Positions 57,338 to 64,000 of a stretch of DNA of 64,000 nucleotides are shown piece after piece. Origin of the DNA: Candidatus Woesebacteria bacterium. GTDB taxonomy: Bacteria; Patescibacteriota; Microgenomatia; UBA1400; PJMF01. The position numbers and the translations under genes were made by a program. Position 1 is the stretch's first letter. Every line of letters begins with the position of its first letter. Location: assembly GCA_050123235.1 (NCBI GenBank), contig JASFHL010000001.1, forward strand, positions 20,651-84,650. Direction: 5' to 3'. The notes below the pieces were generated by a model. It did no database searches. It was not told the origin of the DNA and was given only the letters and a program-made list of their open reading frames with translations.

Positions 57338-57583
57338 GCTTGTCTTTCTTCTTTCTCCAATTTTTTGGAGAAGATTATTAATAACTTAACAGTGTAATTT
57401 ATCACTGTTTTCTCTGGAAAGTAGTGTTGAAGATGGGAACTTATCGGCTTGATACCGTGATCACCTGTGCATCAAGCACTAATTACAGATATATAAAAAT
57501 ATATATTTATATTATACCATGGTATTTGTAAAGCTACTAGATGACTATAGTGGCTCAGCTAAAAAAAGATTAAAATGATCACT

Positions 57584-57928
57584 ATGAACGAAAATTTACC
57601 ACAAGCTCCAAAAAGCAATGCGCAGACCCAAAGTATTTATGATGTGAGTTTAAGCACTATCTTTGGGCGTAATTTTTTGGCTGGTATGAGCCGAGCTTTA
57701 GGAGGGATTTTTATCTATCTGCTTTTTTTAATTTGTCTATTTTTGATTTTAAAATCAATCTTTTGGCCTAAACTAGAGCCATACTTAGATTCCTATCAAA
57801 AAGCAATGCAGTCAATTGAACAACTAGAAAGACAAAGCGAAGTTTTAAATTCTTTGCAAAAAAAAAGCAACGAAGTGGTAGATCAAGAACAAGTAAATAA
57901 TTTACTTAAAAAACTGGGAGAACTGTGA
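57584..57928 (+). CDS. Small membrane protein
   Basis: RNFLAGMSRALG plus TM and coiled coil; TAAAAT 7 nt before ATG 57584. Confidence 0.65.
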   Translation: MNENLPQAPKSNAQTQSIYDVSLSTIFGRNFLAGMSRALGGIFIYLLFLICLFLILKSIFWPKLEPYLDSYQKAMQSIEQLERQSEVLNSLQKKSNEVVDQEQVNNLLKKLGEL

Positions 57929-58602
57929 GATTGTTGATGGTCGAAGACCAAGTTGCGCTGGCAAAAATTGTAAAGAATTCTTTTAAAAAATCATTTGTAG
58001 TAGATTTAGCTCAGACAGGCAAAGAAGCTTTATACCAAGCTAGCGTGACTGACTACCAAGCGATCATCTTGGATATAGGCTTGCCAGATGTAGATGGTTT
58101 TACTGTTTGTCAGCAACTAAGATCAGCAAAGATTGATTGCCCGATTTTGATCCTGAGCGCTCATGGTAAACTAAGTGAAAAGGTCAGAGGTTTAGATCTA
58201 GGCGCTGATGATTATTTGACTAAGCCATTTGAGCTGCTAGAGTTACAGGCCAGGGTGAGGGCCTTATTAAGAAGAAAAACGAAATTGCTGTCGTCTAAAT
58301 TGACTCTAGGAGCACTAAGTCTCGATTTTGAAAAACGAAAAGTAGCATATCAAAATATTGATATACCTTTGAATAAAAAAGAGTTTTTAATTCTGGGATT
58401 ATTAATGCAAAACCCTGGGCGTATTTTTAGTAGGGAGGCGATCTTAGAACAAGTTTGGCCAAACCCATATTCCAGTTCTAGTAACTTAGTTGATGTTTAT
58501 ATTAGTTTTTTAAGAAAAAAAATTGATAGAAGATTTGGGGTGAAGTTTATAAGGACGGTGCATGGGAGAGGGTATAGGGTGGTGGGGATGAAGGAAGATT
58601 AA
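57925..58602 (+). CDS. OmpR/PhoB family response regulator
   Basis: VED, ILDIGLP, GADDYLTKPF, winged helix VDVYISFLRKKI...RTVHGRGY. Confidence 0.96.
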   Translation: MRLLMVEDQVALAKIVKNSFKKSFVVDLAQTGKEALYQASVTDYQAIILDIGLPDVDGFTVCQQLRSAKIDCPILILSAHGKLSEKVRGLDLGADDYLTKPFELLELQARVRALLRRKTKLLSSKLTLGALSLDFEKRKVAYQNIDIPLNKKEFLILGLLMQNPGRIFSREAILEQVWPNPYSSSSNLVDVYISFLRKKIDRRFGVKFIRTVHGRGYRVVGMKED

Positions 58603-58609
58603 GGAAATT

Positions 58610-59272
58610 ATGAACGATAGAGATAAAAAAATACTACTAAAATTAAAAAAGATAATAAAGAAAAGATTTATCAATGAGGCGACGGGGCATGATTGGTTTC
58701 ATATGGAGCGGGTGTTACAAATGGCAGTAAAGATTTCGGAGGAAGAAAAGCCAAGTGATATTTTTGTACTTGAAGCTGCTTCTTTATTACATGATATAGC
58801 TGATTATAAATTTTCTGATGGTGATGAAAAAATTGGATTATTGGAAGCTAGAAGGATTCTTCAAAATTTAGGCGTGGATGAAAAAAAAATAAAGCATGTT
58901 TGTCAAATAATAGATAGTGTTTCCTTTAAAGGTCTGAAAGTAAAAACAAGAGTAGAAACTCTAGAAGGTAAAATTGTTCATGATGCTGATCGCTTGGATT
59001 CAATTGGAGCCCTAGGAATTGCTAGAACTTTTGCTTATGGAGGCAGAATGGCTAGAATACTACATGATCCTAGGATAAAACCAGTTAAGCATAGTTCTTT
59101 TGAAGATTATAAAAAAAAGCAAAGTACGACAATTAACCATTTTTATGAAAAGTTACTTTATATCAAGAATACTCTCTATACTGATTTAGCAAAAAATATA
59201 GCACAGTCAAGACATGATTTTATGTTACAGTTTTTAGAAAAATTTTATAAAGAATGGGATAGTAAAGAATAA
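58610..59272 (+). CDS. HD-domain phosphohydrolase (YpgQ/YedJ-like)
   Basis: GHDWFH, LLHDIAD, HDADRLDSIGALGIARTF, HFYEKLL. Confidence 0.93.
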   Translation: MNDRDKKILLKLKKIIKKRFINEATGHDWFHMERVLQMAVKISEEEKPSDIFVLEAASLLHDIADYKFSDGDEKIGLLEARRILQNLGVDEKKIKHVCQIIDSVSFKGLKVKTRVETLEGKIVHDADRLDSIGALGIARTFAYGGRMARILHDPRIKPVKHSSFEDYKKKQSTTINHFYEKLLYIKNTLYTDLAKNIAQSRHDFMLQFLEKFYKEWDSKE

Positions 59273-59274
59273 AT

Positions 59275-60570
59275 TTATAATTTTTTGATCATAGAAAATT
59301 CTTCTAAGGCTTTAAGGAAGACAGATGTTTTAAGAATATTATCATTCATTCCTAGAAAAATTTTTTCATTTTTTGCTTTTTTAAAATATTTATCTTTTTG
59401 ATTTTTGTTGTTTTTAATATGGCATATTAAACTGAATCCTATGTTATTCCATAACATTGCGCCAGCTCTTCTATGTGCTTTGTTTTCTAAATTGATGCTT
59501 TTGGAGAAATATTTTCCTGCTAGTGGAAGATTATTTTCTTGTAAGGCAATCCCTCCTAATCTGGTACAAATTATTGATTGTTGAGGTAAATCTTTGATTT
59601 TGATAGTAATATTTAGGGCTTGGTTTAATATTTTTTTTGCCTTTTTAAATTGCTTCTTTAGCCAGTAGGTTTCACCTAAATAAGTTAACGTATCTCCTAT
59701 TTCTTCTAGTTCATTTAGATGATTCAGCTCATATAAAGATTGTTGAAAAAGATCAATAGCTTTTTGATATTTTTCTTTTGCTTGATAAATTTTTCCTAAA
59801 CGTAATTTAGCTAGAGCGTAAATTTTTTTTGTTTGTTGGTTTGAACTTATAGAAAGGCCTATTTGAGCATACTTTTCTGCTTGTTTAAGATCACCTCTCC
59901 AGAAATATAACCACGATAATTCTCTAATAGAGCAGGCTGCTCTTTGATGAGGATCATTTAATTTTAAGGACAAGTTATATACCACCCGCCCCAGCCTCTC
60001 TACATCATCCCACCTACCTGTATCCCAAAGAAAAATTCCCAAATAGTTCCAGATCTCAATTACTGGTTGATAGATGTGGAATTTAAGACTTTTATCAATG
60101 GTGTTCAAAATATCAGCCAGTTGTCTTTCAATTTCATTGTAATAATAGATATTGCCTCTTTTACCTTGTTTTAGAAAGTCGAGGTAATAGCTTAATACTT
60201 TTCTTAATTTGACTATAGTTTCAATTTGTCCTTCCAATTGGAATTTAATTTTCAATTGTTTTTGGAAAAGAAAGTTTTTTTCTGTTTCAGTTAGATAACC
60301 ATAACCTGCTGCTTCACAGAGTTGATTAGCTTGATCAGCTGTATTAAGTCCTTCGTTTTCAATAAAAATTTTTAAAATATAAATCAAGGTTTCTCGGTCA
60401 CAGGGTAGTCTAGCGCCTCTTTGCCAATGTGAATAAATGCTTTCGCTATAGATTAAACCTTCATCTGCCATCGTATCAGCGAATTCTGAGAGAGTGGCGA
60501 AGCCTGATTTCAAACGATATTTTTTAAAGAGTTTAGCAAAAGTTAGATAAGGATTGATATGGTTCTTCAC
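59275..60570 (-). CDS. XRE-like HTH plus TPR-repeat regulator
   Basis: FKKYRLKSG...YSHWQRGARLP N-terminal HTH; TPR units RLGKIYQ, YLGETYW, RLGGIAL. Confidence 0.8.
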   Translation of the reverse strand: MKNHINPYLTFAKLFKKYRLKSGFATLSEFADTMADEGLIYSESIYSHWQRGARLPCDRETLIYILKIFIENEGLNTADQANQLCEAAGYGYLTETEKNFLFQKQLKIKFQLEGQIETIVKLRKVLSYYLDFLKQGKRGNIYYYNEIERQLADILNTIDKSLKFHIYQPVIEIWNYLGIFLWDTGRWDDVERLGRVVYNLSLKLNDPHQRAACSIRELSWLYFWRGDLKQAEKYAQIGLSISSNQQTKKIYALAKLRLGKIYQAKEKYQKAIDLFQQSLYELNHLNELEEIGDTLTYLGETYWLKKQFKKAKKILNQALNITIKIKDLPQQSIICTRLGGIALQENNLPLAGKYFSKSINLENKAHRRAGAMLWNNIGFSLICHIKNNKNQKDKYFKKAKNEKIFLGMNDNILKTSVFLKALEEFSMIKKL

Positions 60571-60752
60571 TGTTAATTATATTTTAATTGATGTTTAGCG
60601 CTTTTCTAATGAGTAATCTTTACTTATTAGATTTTTATATACTTTAAACAGAAAAAATCAGTTTTTGATTGTCAAAATCGATGACTTTATGGTCATTCTA
60701 TTTTTACATTTGTCTTTGTTTAATGTTTTTGTCTAAAAGTTTTATTTAATTA

Positions 60753-61502
60753 ATGAAGAAAAAAAAAGTAAAACAACAGCTCAGTTTATTGCATGACTTA
60801 GTTAATCCACTCAGTAGCACAATTTTGATTCTGGAAAAAATGAAAGCAGAAGGTAATTTCGATTTATTACCAAGTCTAAAAGAAAATTTGTCCGAGTTAG
60901 AGATTTCTTTGCAAAAGATGATTGATAATATTAATTTAGCCAAAAAACTTTTTGTGGAAGAAAGTGAAGTTAAATATTTTTCTCTCAATCAGGCGATTAC
61001 TAAGTGCTTAAAATTGATTGCTGTAAAGGCAAAAGAGCAGCAGATTGGCATTTGTTTTATTGCTCAAGAGCAAATCAGGCTCTATGGTGATGAGCTTAAA
61101 TTAATTAGAGTAATTACTAGTTTACTAGATAATGCGGTCGCAGCTTATAAACAGGTTTCAATGAGATCCAAATCTAAAGCTAAACGTCGGATTCAGGTCA
61201 CTGTTAGCTTAGTTGCTAATGGAGTTAATATTAGCATCCAAGATTGGGGTGGTGGTATCAAAAAAGAAGATCAGGCTTTGATTTTTTATCCTTTTTTTAA
61301 TGCAGGAAAAAAAACTGGACCTATTCTTTCTAAAGCAAATTTATTTGCTCTTATTAAAAAGCCAGGATCATATAAGTCACAGCGATCAGGGATCAGCCTT
61401 TTTATTTGCAAAAATATTATTGAAAACGATTTCGAAGGCAGTATCACTTTTACTAGTCGCTGGCGCCATGGGACAACTTTTTTTATTTTTTTAGCTCGTT
61501 GA
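60753..61502 (+). CDS. Sensor-less histidine kinase (HisKA plus HATPase_c)
   Basis: LLHDLVNPL H-box at residue 13, LLDNA N-box, IQDWGGGI G1, IFYPFF F-box, degenerate G2 SGISL. Confidence 0.85.
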   Translation: MKKKKVKQQLSLLHDLVNPLSSTILILEKMKAEGNFDLLPSLKENLSELEISLQKMIDNINLAKKLFVEESEVKYFSLNQAITKCLKLIAVKAKEQQIGICFIAQEQIRLYGDELKLIRVITSLLDNAVAAYKQVSMRSKSKAKRRIQVTVSLVANGVNISIQDWGGGIKKEDQALIFYPFFNAGKKTGPILSKANLFALIKKPGSYKSQRSGISLFICKNIIENDFEGSITFTSRWRHGTTFFIFLAR

Positions 61503-61520
61503 TTGACTTTTGTTTTATGT

Positions 61521-61684
61521 TAACCTGAATCTCGAAATAGTCCCTTGGCTAATTTCACTCTATTTGGCAATTTTAGCTATTTTCCTCTTCCTCAAGTAGC
61601 TACGGCTACTATTGTCATCTGAAAATGCTAAAATTACTCAAATATATTATAATTACCTCAAGGTTTATTTCGAGATTCAGGTTA
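61521..61684 (+). repeat. Rod-like 164-nt intergenic hairpin (19-bp perfect terminal inverted repeat, cUACGg apex)
   Basis: taacctgaatctcgaaata 61521-61539 / tatttcgagattcaggtta 61666-61684; inner aattttagc/gctaaaatt and agtagc-tacg-gctact. Confidence 0.8.
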
Positions 61685-61685
61685 T

Positions 61686-63110
61686 ATGCAAAATATTATG
61701 AAACGTAAGATTAAGAATCTTCCAGCAACTCCTAGTTTTTTAAAAAGTTTTACGCCTTCTTTTATTCTTTTAAGTTTATCTTTAAGTGCTGCTGAGTTGG
61801 TTTTATGGCCTTATTTAGCAGCTCATTATGGTTTAGGTTTGTTGTGGGGAGCTTTGCTTGCTCTTAGTTTTCAGTTTATTCTCAACACAGAGGCGATGCG
61901 TTACTCTCTTGCTTGGGGAGAGTCTATTTTTTTAGGTTTTAGAAAAATGAGCCGTTTCTTACCTTTGTGGTTTATCATTTCTACTTTAATACCTTGGTCA
62001 TTGCCTGCTTTTGCTGCTGTAGCTAGTCAGATCTTAGCTCAGTTTGCAACTGATTTTAGTGAGAAGTTTTTGCTGATTTTTTTCTTGGTGATGAGTGGCA
62101 TCATGCTGAGTGCTGGCCAGCTTATTCATCAGCTTATAGAAAAGTTTCAAAAATTAATTATTTTCATAACTTTGCTCCTGATTGTTTTTTTTGCTTTTGT
62201 TTTAAGTAAATCTATAGATTGGAATGAGGCAGTTTTGGGCTTGCTAGCTAGAGGAAAGAGTTGGTGGCTATTTCCTAAAGGTATTAGTTTGGCTAGTTTT
62301 TTAGCAGCTTTTGCTTATGCTGGCGCTAGTGGTGGCAACTTTAATCTGGGTAAATCTTATGATATTAAAGAAAAAGGTCTTGGGATGGCCAAATATACTG
62401 GCAAGATAAGGCCTTTGTTTGCAGATGGAGCAAAAGCAATGGCAATTGAGGGTCGGCGTTTTGTAGATACTCCTAGAAATCGCCGACAATGGCAGAAATG
62501 CTGGCATTTAATTAATCAAGGACAGTTTTTTATTTCCTGGGTTTTGGCTTTATTGATGATTGTTTTATTATCAGTCTTGGCAAAAACTTTGCTTTTTGGC
62601 AAAGAAATAACAGCAGGCTTAGGCTTTTTTTATACTGAGCTTACTGTGATTCAAGCTCGTTTGGGTTCTAGTCTTAGCCTTTTATTTTTATTAATGGTAG
62701 TATTAATGCTTTTTTTTGCTCAAGTAAAAGTATTTAAATCTTCATCCAGAATAGTAAGCGAAAATTTATCATTACTGTTTTATAGAAAAGGCAAGAAAAT
62801 CAATTTATCTCTTGGTTTTTATCTTGCTTTATGGTTGCAGATTTTTGCTGGGATGGCAATTTATTTATTGCTGTGGAACGATGCTATGTTTTTGTTAATT
62901 TCAGCTGCTGTTTTAAATGCAGCTGTGATGGCCATTGCTTTTCCGCTCGTTTATTTTTTGAACAACAAAAAGTTGGCTAAGTTTTATCAACCAGCAAGCT
63001 GGCGGAAATATACTATGCTCATAGCTTTTATAATTTTTCTATTTTTAATTGGAGTAATACTGGTCAATTTTATTTCTTCTTACCCATCAAGCGTCTTCCC
63101 AGCCATTTGA
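61686..63110 (+). CDS. Nramp-like/APC-fold transporter (divergent)
   Basis: About 11 TM helices; ELVLWPYL..YG.G.LWG, QFILNTE..RY..A.GES, FAYAG.GG. Confidence 0.75.
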   Translation: MQNIMKRKIKNLPATPSFLKSFTPSFILLSLSLSAAELVLWPYLAAHYGLGLLWGALLALSFQFILNTEAMRYSLAWGESIFLGFRKMSRFLPLWFIISTLIPWSLPAFAAVASQILAQFATDFSEKFLLIFFLVMSGIMLSAGQLIHQLIEKFQKLIIFITLLLIVFFAFVLSKSIDWNEAVLGLLARGKSWWLFPKGISLASFLAAFAYAGASGGNFNLGKSYDIKEKGLGMAKYTGKIRPLFADGAKAMAIEGRRFVDTPRNRRQWQKCWHLINQGQFFISWVLALLMIVLLSVLAKTLLFGKEITAGLGFFYTELTVIQARLGSSLSLLFLLMVVLMLFFAQVKVFKSSSRIVSENLSLLFYRKGKKINLSLGFYLALWLQIFAGMAIYLLLWNDAMFLLISAAVLNAAVMAIAFPLVYFLNNKKLAKFYQPASWRKYTMLIAFIIFLFLIGVILVNFISSYPSSVFPAI

Positions 63111-63999
63111 GTACTAAGACTATTGGCAACCAGATAACAGCATAAACTAGCACCCAGATAGCTACTTGGGCAACTAGATAAAGTATGCTTGAAGCTGAAT
63201 CCCAAGCATTTCTGAGACTTTCCAGTAAGCTAGGTCTGTAAGTTCTAGGATTAAAGAAAGCTTCACTATCAGCGACGGTGAGGACTACACTAGCGTATGA
63301 AATTCTAGTTTCAGTGCTTTCTAAGCTTTTCTTAGCAGCTTCAATCTGTCTTTCCAATCTGTCAATTTCCAACTGAATTTTTTTCCTTTGACTCTCGGTT
63401 TTGGCTTCTTCAAGCTCGATTTCTTTGAGAGCTTTTTGGTTTTCAAGTTTTTCTATAGCCTCGTTTTTATTCACTAATTGGCCAGTGCGATCTTGAGCAG
63501 TAATGTTTTCACTTATAACTTTTTTAGCTTCGTTGGCTACTCTAGTTGTTGCTTCATCAAATTTTTCAACAGGAATCTTGGCATAAATATGACCATATTG
63601 GTATTTTTCATTGCTACTAGTTTCGGTAGATAGAATACGGCCATCAATGCTTAAGAAATATTCTTTGATTTGCCTAATATATGAAGAAACATCATCAGCT
63701 ACTAAATTATGGGAAGAACTTTTTTCATAAAGACGTTCATCAACTTCCAGTGCATCATCTGGATAACTGGGGTAATAGGGAGTACCGGCAGTCTCGATAT
63801 CAGAAGGAGAGATTTTTCTTTCTAAAGTTTCTACTCCCTGACCTTGAGAAGAGCCTCCTACATTAGAGTCAAAGCTAGCGGCAGGATATACTTCTTCATC
63901 CACCAGAGCCGCTTTTTTACTGCTTTTAAGCAATGAGCTTAGAGGTTTACCATCAGGCATTCTGCCTTTAACAGAAAGAGTAGCCAGGGCAGTAATTAG
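63070..63999 (-). CDS. DUF4349-like membrane protein; 5' truncated by the window
   Basis: GRILS, KIPVEKFD, ENITAQDRTGQ, coiled coil, ISYASVVL, C-terminal TM; frame open to the window end. Confidence 0.8.
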   Translation of the reverse strand, partial: LITALATLSVKGRMPDGKPLSSLLKSSKKAALVDEEVYPAASFDSNVGGSSQGQGVETLERKISPSDIETAGTPYYPSYPDDALEVDERLYEKSSSHNLVADDVSSYIRQIKEYFLSIDGRILSTETSSNEKYQYGHIYAKIPVEKFDEATTRVANEAKKVISENITAQDRTGQLVNKNEAIEKLENQKALKEIELEEAKTESQRKKIQLEIDRLERQIEAAKKSLESTETRISYASVVLTVADSEAFFNPRTYRPSLLESLRNAWDSASSILYLVAQVAIWVLVYAVIWLPIVLVLKWLGRRLMGKKK

Positions 64000-64000
64000 T

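Noticed and set aside
363-63866. Short ORF-track entries antisense to or nested in recognised genes (e.g. 7797-8141, 12869-13285, 21582-22004, 34035-34352)
   Set aside because: Shadow frames of well-supported genes, with no motifs or independent start signals
1-64000. Alternative genetic code (UGA=Gly) as in some CPR lineages
   Set aside because: Conserved genes are full length in code 11 and several end at TGA in the expected place (thrS, galU-like, murD)

Overview
AT-rich bacterial chromosome segment, code 11 (TGA used as stop, tRNA-Trp CCA). Gene content and protein style (BldC-like HTH, PEGA protein, cohesin/dockerin surface proteins, many leaderless ORFans) suggest a Patescibacteria/CPR genome, probably Microgenomates; this is inference. 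Housekeeping genes: ndk, murD/murL, rplJL, rplKA, nusG, secE, thrS, argS, rpmG, ahcY and 6 tRNAs. The best candidate for an undescribed system is 1802-12166, an F1-ATPase-like locus (alpha, gamma, beta, short epsilon) with no a, b or delta genes. Its only Fo-like part is a c-subunit-like hairpin (ARNP loop, no carboxylate) fused to an extracytoplasmic tailspike-chaperone-like domain, and it sits next to a 1431-aa tailspike-like surface protein. This could be an ion-uncoupled, ATP-driven rotary surface motor. Other signals: single-gene cassettes separated by degenerate copies of the tRNA-Trp 3' end plus terminator, intergenic stem elements with a conserved core and unrelated arms, a Thr-leader-peptide attenuator before thrS, a riboswitch-like GC-rich leader, and a candidate ~150-nt ncRNA. 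All protein assignments come from reading motifs by eye; no database searches were run.
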